Shown here: one piece after another, positions 56,592 through 64,000 of the stretch
Layout: each line of letters starts with the position of its first letter
Numbering within the stretch: position 1 is the first letter of the stretch
Source: Candidatus Latescibacterota bacterium
Lineage (GTDB): Bacteria; Latescibacterota; UBA2968; UBA8231
DNA length: 64,000 nucleotides
Direction: 5' to 3'
Assembly (NCBI GenBank): GCA_965217585.1
Contig: OZ244561.1
Span: forward strand, 3,392,001 to 3,456,000
Position numbers and translations under genes: made by a program
The notes under the pieces: model-generated
Database searches by the model: none
Seen by the model: only the letters and a program-made list of their open reading frames with translations
Told to the model about the DNA's origin: nothing

Positions 56592-57578
56592 CTACAGCGG
56601 CTTGGCTACGGCTAAACCCGTCCCAACTGCTGAGACGCGATTCCATCCCGATCCTCTGAGACCAGCATAGATCATGTAAAAGCTCCCATTCATCGCGAAC
56701 ACCTGTGGGGTCAGGAGGCCATCGCGATCCCAGGCATCGGCATCGGTCGCAGGCGTGAAGATTGGATTGTGTGGGTTGGGCTCGAAGGTGCGGAAGTCGC
56801 GCGTGCGGACATGTCCAATGGCCCAAACCTCACCGTCATAGCCCCCGTAGAACAGATGGAAGTAGCTCGGCCCTTTGAGGATTTCGGCTTCGCGCACTCC
56901 ATAGCGATCCCACGCCTGCCCCGATCCGCTGAACACGGGATTGGCGGGATTTTTGGTGACCTGCGCTGGGTTGCTGGTTGGTGCGGTGGCGTGACAGATG
57001 GTCGGCACGTTGTAGAGGATATCGCGCCGTGCAGGAGGCGCTGGCGATTCGCCGGTATAGACCATGTGAATGACATCGCCCGACACGGCCACCGACGGAT
57101 GGGAAGCGCCGTGTTGCTCGTGCGCGCCGCCGACGGCAACTACTGGTGCATCGCCAATCCGCGTCCACGCCCCAAAATCGCCGTCGCTGACCAGCAAGCC
57201 GGTCTGTTTGCGGCGGGGCTTGCTCTTGCCTTGGCTGCCGAGATAATAGGCGTAGTAGCGCTGGTCGGCGGGATTCCAGAACGGGAAGGGATATTCCACG
57301 CCTTGGTTGTCAAAGCCGTCTGCGGAAGGTCTCAGTATGGGATTGCGCCGGTCGTGCGTCGCCGCCGTAGGATCGGCGACTGGCGCGGAGCTGTGCATGT
57401 GTACCCAGCTACCGTCCCCTCCCTTTTTGGCCCATAGACAGTGCACGGTGTCGCCCACGACGATGGCGTGACTGGCTGCCGCCCACGCGGGCGGCTCGTA
57501 GTATAGCAGTGGCTTCTTTGCGGTGAGCCGCTCGAAGCGGGCGAATGTTGTAAATGGGATTGGGTCGTCGGTATTCAT
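56592..57578 (-). CDS. Five-bladed beta-propeller glycoside hydrolase-like protein (GH32/43/130-like)
   Basis: Repeated NP(I/V)L/F.....WD..GV..P blades, with M.Y.G segments. Confidence 0.7.
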   Translation of the reverse strand: MNTDDPIPFTTFARFERLTAKKPLLYYEPPAWAAASHAIVVGDTVHCLWAKKGGDGSWVHMHSSAPVADPTAATHDRRNPILRPSADGFDNQGVEYPFPFWNPADQRYYAYYLGSQGKSKPRRKQTGLLVSDGDFGAWTRIGDAPVVAVGGAHEQHGASHPSVAVSGDVIHMVYTGESPAPPARRDILYNVPTICHATAPTSNPAQVTKNPANPVFSGSGQAWDRYGVREAEILKGPSYFHLFYGGYDGEVWAIGHVRTRDFRTFEPNPHNPIFTPATDADAWDRDGLLTPQVFAMNGSFYMIYAGLRGSGWNRVSAVGTGLAVAKPL

Positions 57579-57619
57579 AATGCCTGTAGGTGATCCCCAA
57601 TTCGTCCTAAGCTGAATAG

Positions 57620-58150
57620 TTACCTATTCAGCACCTTCTCCTGAAACCGCTCGTACGCATCATATACGTCCTCTGGATCGGGAACAACCGGCATTGTGCG
57701 AATCCGACCGTGTGCATACCAATTCCGAAACCCGAAGTATCCTTTGGTCACCGAGCAAACCCTCCGAAACGCCTCGTCGATGTCGCTGAAACAGTCTCGT
57801 AACTTGTCGAAGATCCGCTCAAGGGGAATCCGCCTACACGCCTGAGTAGCCTGCTTGCCAACTTGACGAGTCTCACGGCGATATTCCTTACACAGATCGC
57901 GATACGCTCTGCTTACTCTATCGCGCTTTTTTCGTTTTAGAGATACGAGAAAATCCTCTCGGATACCTGCCTCCAAGAGCGTGAGGAGCTTGAACGCGTA
58001 GTCCTTGCGTATCTCCTCAAGCAGGTCGGCACGTAACTCGTCGCGCTCTGTCGGTGTGAAGGATTCGAAATGTTCGTCGCCGAGGTCGCGCACATTTTGT
58101 TGGAGCAAGACGTACCATTCGAGAAGCGAATCACAAGTGAACTCGCGCAT
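57620..58150 (-). CDS. HEPN-domain protein (putative RNase)
   Basis: Helical protein with LEAGIR and C-terminal FRNWYAHG (Rx4H). Confidence 0.65.
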   Translation of the reverse strand: MREFTCDSLLEWYVLLQQNVRDLGDEHFESFTPTERDELRADLLEEIRKDYAFKLLTLLEAGIREDFLVSLKRKKRDRVSRAYRDLCKEYRRETRQVGKQATQACRRIPLERIFDKLRDCFSDIDEAFRRVCSVTKGYFGFRNWYAHGRIRTMPVVPDPEDVYDAYERFQEKVLNR

Positions 58151-58152
58151 TT

Positions 58153-58617
58153 TTATTCTTCTAGGAACTTAACCAGAAATTCCTCTAAGGTACTTCTATT
58201 GAATTCCCACCGTACAGGTTTCCCGGATCTGCCCTCTCTTCTCGCAAAGTCCCACTCGTCATTTCCTCTATGCAGCAGCATTGCGAGAAGGGTGCTGCCC
58301 GAGACCACATCGACTCGTCCTTGAGTACCTATAATAAAACGCCCGACCGGTCTGAAGGTGAGAATCTGGCTGTCTAAAAAGACAAGTCGTAGATATCGGG
58401 TTTCGTAATCCCCAAGCTGGTCTTCCCGAATCGGAATATCCTCTGACTGGATCTCCAGCCAGTTTTTGTCTTTAAGAGGCTGCAACCACTCAGTTATCCT
58501 CGACATAAGCTTTTCGCAGTTGGCTATCCATTCCTGACGAACTGCTACATGTTCAAATTCCGACGCTTCCTGTTGCTCTTGTTTCTGCTTCAGTATCTCT
58601 TCAAGTAGTTTGGCCAT
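58153..58617 (-). CDS. Hypothetical protein, coupled upstream of the HEPN gene
   Basis: RBS AAGGAGAG and 2-nt gap to the HEPN gene. W.....L...I..WL, I.E..LG.Y and PVG..IIG..GRVD motifs. Confidence 0.7.
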   Translation of the reverse strand: MAKLLEEILKQKQEQQEASEFEHVAVRQEWIANCEKLMSRITEWLQPLKDKNWLEIQSEDIPIREDQLGDYETRYLRLVFLDSQILTFRPVGRFIIGTQGRVDVVSGSTLLAMLLHRGNDEWDFARREGRSGKPVRWEFNRSTLEEFLVKFLEE

Positions 58618-58762
58618 TTATATCTCTCCTTTGCTATAATCTGAACGAGATATGGTCTGCTGTCGAAGACCGAGACCGCACGGTCAGCGGTAAGGCAGTA
58701 CGCTCCTTCAATATCCAATCGACTGGATTGCCACGCAATGGCTAGGTCGACCGCCTGGCTCG

Positions 58763-58937
58763 GCCACCGCCATGGCGAGTTCTGGGTCAGCGCGTCCTTG
58801 AGAAAGCTAAACACGTCGAGTAGCGTTGACTTGCCCGTGCCGTTCGCGCCCACGACTACGACCATCGGGGGTAAGTCCTCAAACACGGCATGGTGGAAGG
58901 AACGGTAGTTCTTGATTGCAATCTGCTCAATCCGCAT
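58763..58937 (-). pseudogene. Truncated duplicate of the 5' end of the AAA ATPase gene
   Basis: 58763-58945 is near-identical to 63142-63325 (MRIEQI..GANGTGKSTLLDVFSFLKDAL), then frameshifts. Confidence 0.9.
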
Positions 58938-59199
58938 AAGTTGTTTGATGTTATGAGGGCAAATCATGATCTGGATTGGGTGTATCGAATGCAACAAAAA
59001 ATCATTAAAGAGTTTCCAGAAATCGAAAACAGGGCAAGAGAACGTGGAATTTCCTTTGGTAAATCGCCCCGGTTCGAGTTGCGCTTCATAGGAGAAACCT
59101 TTTGTGCAGTAGAAAGTTATAGCGGATATAACCTTCCTCTCTCTTATCCGTAGACATCAAACTAGGTGGTTTTGAGAGTACATTCGAGAATTTTCATCA

Positions 59200-62037
59200 T
59201 TAGCCATTCCTCAAGTTCAGCTCCAGTAATTCGCCCAGCGCCTCGTCCTCCGAAGTGCCCGCGTCCCACCCATACGCCTCCGCCACAGCCGCGTCGAGTG
59301 CCGCATGAGCATCGACAAGCCATTGCGGGCGGGCGTTGTAAAGGTTGGTCAGCGTGCGTTGCTTGAGTTCCTTCGCCGTTGCCTCGTCGCGGGGCACTGG
59401 GCGCTTGGGATAGCCGGGAACCGGCTCGTCCACCCATTCCACCCATTCGGACGGATTGAGCCAGCGGTCGCGCAGTTCGACTAGTCGTCGCGCTGCTTCG
59501 GCGATGGCAACAGCACGAGGATCATTCGCGTAATCCAAAGCCGGAATGTCGGGCGATAGCCCTTCGGGAAAGGGGAAGGTCTCGAAAGTGGTGGTCGGCG
59601 TGTAGCGCGGACGATCCTCTAGGCTGGTGCCGAGCCGTAGCGACCACGCCTCGTGAAAGCGGCTGTGCAGGATGCCGAAGGTGGTGTCGTCGTCGCGGGC
59701 GATGACAATTAGCTGATGATCGGGGCAGATGCGGGCGTCGAGCCAAGCGAACAGACGGTGCTTGGCGACGGTGGGCGTAGCGATGTAGCGCGACAGGCTG
59801 TCGAGTGCGTCCCACATCCCCGGTCTCGGCTCGACATGCCTCCACCAATGGATGCGGTAGGCTTCGCGGCGGTTCCGTTGCCGCATTGGATAAACGTGCT
59901 CCTTTGCATGTTGAAACGGTGCCTCGTAGAGCACTGCTTCCTCTTGCCCCATGCTCCAGCCAAAATCGACGATCCATTTGTCAGCCGGTCGGCGGGTCAA
60001 GTCCATGCCATTTACCCACGGCCTGAGAACGTCGGAATTGGGCCGTCCGTTCGGGTTCGCAGGCTCGCGAAGCCATTCCCGGGCCTGATCTCCGGGCACA
60101 TTGAAGGGGCCGCCCTTAGTGTCGCCCATGAACGCAACGCCGATGTTCCGGCATAACCGTTGCACCTTGGTCAGATCAACGTTCCCTGTCAGATCGGAAT
60201 GGACCGCATCCACAAGCTGGCCATTGAGTCGCCGTTCCAACTCCGCTCCATCATCCGGTCCTGAGAAACACACCAAGGAGACGCGTACCGCCGCCCCATC
60301 AATCACCCACGGCTCATCGCTCCACGCCTCAAAGATCGAACAGGCCCCAGTCGCGGTCTGCAACGCCCGCCGATTCGCCCCGCCGCGAATGGAGTTGGTT
60401 GAGACGAGACCGACGCGCTTCGCCTTGCCTGATCCGATGTGTTCGCCAGCCTTGACGAACCAGTAACAGACGAGATCGGCCTCCGCTGGTACGCGGCCCT
60501 CATACACCCTGAAAATGCTTGAAACGTAGTCTTCGCCAAGATTGGCCTTGAGAAGTTTTCCTCCGATAAACGGCGGATTGCCGATCACCGCATCGGCTGC
60601 CGGCCATTCCGGTTCTTCGCCGTCCGGTGTCAGGATCGCATCGCGGCATTCGATGGTATCGAGCGGCTTGAGGACTGGATTGTTCGTCCCAGGATAGCCG
60701 TTGCGTCGCATCCACTGGATGTGTCCGATCCACACCGACACGCGCGCTAATTCGGCGGCGTAGGCGTTGATTTCGATCCCCTTGACGTTGGCCGGGCTGA
60801 CTTCGGGAAACGAGCGCTGGAGGTCAAAGGCTTCGGCCTCCAGTTGCACCCGATGCTCCAAGTCCTTGAGCGCGTGCAAGGCGACGTAGAGGAAGTTGCC
60901 CGAGCCGCAAGCCGGGTCGAGGATGGTGAAAGAGCGGAGGCGCTGTAAGAAAGCGTCCTTGCGCTGCTCGGCCCGACTGCGTTGGCGCGTCCGGGCAGCA
61001 GCAGATCGGGCAGTTTCGGCTCGTTTCAGCGCGGCGGCGATTTCCCCTTTCTCCTTTTCCCATTCAGTCAGCCACGGGCGAATCACCACTGGCTCGACGA
61101 TCCGCATAATTTTATCGCGATCCGTGTAGTGCGCCCCCAATTGCGCCCGCTTATCCGGGTCGAGGCCGCGCTCGAATAGCGTGCCTAGGATGGAAGGATC
61201 AATCTCCGACCATTCTAGGGTCGCCGCTTGGAGCACCGTGTCGATCTCGGCCTTTTTTAGTGGAAGGGCGGCATTGTCGTCGAACAGCCCGCCATTAAAC
61301 CAAGCCACCGGCTCAAAGCCAACCCGCCCGCCGGTGGCCATGGCAGCGAACAGATCGCGGGCCATGGCGGCGAACTCCTCTGGCTGCTGCCGCGCCTGCT
61401 CCAACATCCGCGTGAACAGATTGTTCGGCAAAAGGCCCACGTCCTCGGCGAACATGCAGAACACCAGCCGGTTGATGAAATGCGCCACCGCCTGCGGGTC
61501 ATGGCCTCGCTCCCGCAAGGCTTGCGCCAGCAACGCAAAGGCCGTAGCTGCCCGCTCGGTGAGCGCCTGCCGGGTCTCATCCGGTCGCAGTCGCTTAGGG
61601 TCGGCGAGCGCCCACTTGAGCTTGTCGCGGACGGCGGCATCGGCTAAATCGTCGACCTCGAATTCGTGGGTCTTGCTAACGCTGTTGGTCCAATTGGTGC
61701 GGATGCGGAACTGCCGCATGTCGGAGACGATCAAAAGCGGCGGGTTTTCCAAAGCCAGCGCGTATTGCCTAAGTTGGTCGAAGGCCGCGTCTAAGTTGGC
61801 ACGCGGGCCCTTGTACTCCCAAGCGAAGCAGTGTCGCTTCCACACGTCGGCCCAACCATCGCCGCCGGTTTCCTTGCGAGCACCCTTCTCAAAGCAATAC
61901 GTCTCGCCCGTGGGGTCAGCCTCGGCCGGGGTTGGCTCGCCGAGCAGGCGGCACAGGTCGATAAAGTGCTCCTGAGCGGCCGAGCGTTCCTTGAGTTCGG
62001 CGGCACGCCACTTGGTGATGAATACCTCTGGAGTCAT
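59200..62037 (-). CDS. MmeI-like fused restriction endonuclease/N6-adenine methyltransferase (type IIL/IIG)
   Basis: N-terminal AD..EYK nuclease-like motif; LGAHYT, LDPACGSGNFL, GNPPF and ADL..YW motifs; C-terminal TRD (RYTPTTTFETFPFP, LTNLYN). Confidence 0.9.
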   Translation of the reverse strand: MTPEVFITKWRAAELKERSAAQEHFIDLCRLLGEPTPAEADPTGETYCFEKGARKETGGDGWADVWKRHCFAWEYKGPRANLDAAFDQLRQYALALENPPLLIVSDMRQFRIRTNWTNSVSKTHEFEVDDLADAAVRDKLKWALADPKRLRPDETRQALTERAATAFALLAQALRERGHDPQAVAHFINRLVFCMFAEDVGLLPNNLFTRMLEQARQQPEEFAAMARDLFAAMATGGRVGFEPVAWFNGGLFDDNAALPLKKAEIDTVLQAATLEWSEIDPSILGTLFERGLDPDKRAQLGAHYTDRDKIMRIVEPVVIRPWLTEWEKEKGEIAAALKRAETARSAAARTRQRSRAEQRKDAFLQRLRSFTILDPACGSGNFLYVALHALKDLEHRVQLEAEAFDLQRSFPEVSPANVKGIEINAYAAELARVSVWIGHIQWMRRNGYPGTNNPVLKPLDTIECRDAILTPDGEEPEWPAADAVIGNPPFIGGKLLKANLGEDYVSSIFRVYEGRVPAEADLVCYWFVKAGEHIGSGKAKRVGLVSTNSIRGGANRRALQTATGACSIFEAWSDEPWVIDGAAVRVSLVCFSGPDDGAELERRLNGQLVDAVHSDLTGNVDLTKVQRLCRNIGVAFMGDTKGGPFNVPGDQAREWLREPANPNGRPNSDVLRPWVNGMDLTRRPADKWIVDFGWSMGQEEAVLYEAPFQHAKEHVYPMRQRNRREAYRIHWWRHVEPRPGMWDALDSLSRYIATPTVAKHRLFAWLDARICPDHQLIVIARDDDTTFGILHSRFHEAWSLRLGTSLEDRPRYTPTTTFETFPFPEGLSPDIPALDYANDPRAVAIAEAARRLVELRDRWLNPSEWVEWVDEPVPGYPKRPVPRDEATAKELKQRTLTNLYNARPQWLVDAHAALDAAVAEAYGWDAGTSEDEALGELLELNLRNG

Positions 62038-62114
62038 GGTGCTACGGTCACTAGCCGCTTGAAGCGGGCGAATGCTGTAAATCGGATTGGATCGTTAGTA
62101 TTCATCGCGGCCTG

Positions 62115-63317
62115 CTAGGTGATCACCAACTCCTCGTCAAGTTGACGTAGCCCGATGCCCTCGAAAAGCCTCTGCTTCCATAGGGCACCCGGTAAGTCTC
62201 CCTCTGCGACAAGAGCGCGCAGCAGTTCGCTGTCGGACGCTCGGCGCACGGTTGTGAATCCATCTTTTTTAACCAGCCAGAAGATCTCGTCGAGTTCTGT
62301 GCCGTTCAGGAAGTCGGGAGAGTGGGTCGAGACGAACACTTGGCCGCCGCGTCGGGCGTAGTTCCGAAATTCCTCGGCCAATTCTATTAGCAATTCGGGA
62401 TAGAGCTGGTTTTCGGGTTCTTCGACTGCCAGCAACGGATGGGGTTTTGGGTCATACAGCAAGATGAGGTAGGCGAACATTTTGATCGTGCCGTCGGAGA
62501 CATAGCGGGCAATGAATGGGTCCTTGAAGCTGCCATCCTGAAAGCGCAGGACGAGACGCCCGTCTTCAGTCGGTTTGGCTTCAACGCCGCTCACGCCCGG
62601 GACGCGCTGGCTCATAGCCTTCAGCACTTGGTCGAAGCACTCGCGGTGATTCTCGTAGAGGTATTGGGCCACTTGGGCGATGTTATCGCCACGGTTAGAC
62701 AGATGCTCGGCATAGCCGGCATCACTGCTTGGTCGGGCATCGGCAATGTGGAAGTCCGAGACGTGCCAGTTCTCGATCAGGCTACGGAACTCTGAGACAA
62801 CTTGGAACTCGCGGAACTGCCCCAAGCCTTTGATCGCGAGGACGCTGGGGTCATCGAGCTTGTACTCCGCGCTCTTTTCTTTTACCTCTTCCTGACCATA
62901 GACCGATTCATTTGTGATCGCGGTTCCGATTCCGCCTGAGAAATCAACGAAATGCCAGGGGCGTCCAGACTGCCCTTTACGGTAGTGAAGTACTTCGCGT
63001 TCAACCGAGACTCGGCCACCGTTCGCTACTATTTCGAGTTCGTAGGTGGCTAGACGGCCGCCGCTCTCGCGGAATTTGATGGTGATCCCAATCGGCCCCT
63101 TTTCTCCCCGGCTAACCAACTCGCGGAACCCACCGCGTCGCGCCACTGCCATGGTGACGTTCTGGGTCAGCGCGTCCTTGAGAAAGCTAAACACGTCGAG
63201 TAGCGTTGACTTGCCCGTGCCGTTCGCGCCCACGGCTACGACCATCGGGGGTAGATCCTCAAACACGGTGTGGCGGAAGGAACGGTAGTTTTTGATTTCA
63301 ATCTGCTCAATCCGCAT
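62115..63317 (-). CDS. AAA_21/AbiEii-like ABC-type ATPase
   Basis: IKNYRS, GANGTGKST, SDGT, EEPENQLYP and STHSP motifs. Confidence 0.9.
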   Translation of the reverse strand: MRIEQIEIKNYRSFRHTVFEDLPPMVVAVGANGTGKSTLLDVFSFLKDALTQNVTMAVARRGGFRELVSRGEKGPIGITIKFRESGGRLATYELEIVANGGRVSVEREVLHYRKGQSGRPWHFVDFSGGIGTAITNESVYGQEEVKEKSAEYKLDDPSVLAIKGLGQFREFQVVSEFRSLIENWHVSDFHIADARPSSDAGYAEHLSNRGDNIAQVAQYLYENHRECFDQVLKAMSQRVPGVSGVEAKPTEDGRLVLRFQDGSFKDPFIARYVSDGTIKMFAYLILLYDPKPHPLLAVEEPENQLYPELLIELAEEFRNYARRGGQVFVSTHSPDFLNGTELDEIFWLVKKDGFTTVRRASDSELLRALVAEGDLPGALWKQRLFEGIGLRQLDEELVIT

Positions 63318-63573
63318 AGGTTGTTCCTCCGTATTGTCGAATATTACTGTTGGGCTGACTGAACCGACTGCTCCGTTGGCACTATCACGATTCATCGAGC
63401 GACCGGCGAAGGGTCGCGGTCAATTCCTGACAGAAACTCCTATAGGTCAAAATCGGCGCGCTTTTGCGCTGCCGTCCTTGAAGCGAGGCAGGCGACTGGG
63501 TAGATTGGGCCAACATATCGCTCGCGCTCATTTAAGCTACGAGACGCCCATCACAACCCCAAGGAACGCCCCA

Positions 63574-64000
63574 ATGCCTCGTCCCAATATCCTCTTCATC
63601 ATGGATGATCAGCACCGCCACGACTATCTCGGCTCAGCCGCTGCCGACTTCCTGCGAACGCCCCACCTCGACCGCCTCGCCGCCGCTGGCGTGCGCTTCA
63701 CCCAATGCACCACCAACGCACCCGTCTGCGCGCCAGCGCGGATTGGCTTGGCTTCTGGCCTGCAACCGAGCCGCCTAGGCTGCCTAGACAATTCGGGGCG
63801 GCTGCCCTTGGGCACTACCACCTACTATCAGCGGCTGCGCGACTCCGGCTACCGAGTCGGCTGCGTCGGCAAGCTCGACCTGCGCAAGTCCGACGGCTAC
63901 AATGGCCGCTACGGCGACCGGCCCTACGCCTATAGCTGGGGCTTCACCCATCCAGAGGAATGCGAGGGCAAAATGCACGCCGGCTCCTCGCCCACGCCGA
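63574..64000 (+). CDS. Cys-type sulfatase (5' partial)
   Basis: MPRPNILFIMDDQHRHD, TPHLD.LA..GV.F, CAPAR (CxPxR) and GY....VGKL motifs. Confidence 0.9.
   Translation, partial: MPRPNILFIMDDQHRHDYLGSAAADFLRTPHLDRLAAAGVRFTQCTTNAPVCAPARIGLASGLQPSRLGCLDNSGRLPLGTTTYYQRLRDSGYRVGCVGKLDLRKSDGYNGRYGDRPYAYSWGFTHPEECEGKMHAGSSPTP

Noticed and set aside
58946-59199. Possible small gene in the AT-rich spacer (ORF 58890..59153)
   Set aside because: No motif or clear RBS, and it overlaps the ATPase relic; probably a decayed remnant.
1-64000. CRISPR array or cas genes
   Set aside because: No regularly spaced repeats with unique 30-40 bp spacers. Repeat A copies are kilobases apart and separated by genes.

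Overview
GC-rich bacterial genomic window. The gene content (sulfatases, TPR, FG-GAP, ASPIC/UnbV and receptor-L repeat proteins, FlgD-Ig/CHU_C-type C-terminal domains, DUF6785) resembles FCB-affiliated candidate phyla such as Latescibacterota and sponge-type symbionts; this is inference only. There are three zones. (1) About 0.3-32 kb is a cell-envelope locus. Its core is a co-oriented six-gene operon: three paralogous discoidin-like proteins with TPNGDG..D/FlgD-type CTDs, a 890-aa beta-rich secreted protein with Ca-binding loops, a double-parvulin PPIase and a lipoprotein. Around it lie three monocistronic CBM9-like paralogs ending in a short 'TAVE..TWxRIK' tail, two TPR paralogs, two monoheme cytochrome c/FG-GAP paralogs, a DUF6785 membrane protein, an HTTM protein, an ASPIC/UnbV-TPR protein and a B12-radical SAM/epimerase/GT-C module. 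(2) About 32-43 kb holds a sugar ABC transporter and catabolic enzymes. (3) About 43-63.4 kb is accessory and partly decayed. It contains GT4 relics, a tRNA-like 3' remnant, a group II intron DV-DVI remnant and a Cys-rich protein carrying the same TWG-type tail. It also contains a cassette-like array of nuclease and surface-protein genes punctuated by three families of short repeats, and a defence cluster (HEPN pair, MmeI-like RM enzyme, AAA ATPase with a duplicated 5' end). No CRISPR array, rRNA, intact tRNA, transposase or integrase was seen. All family assignments are from motif recognition by eye, not from database searches.
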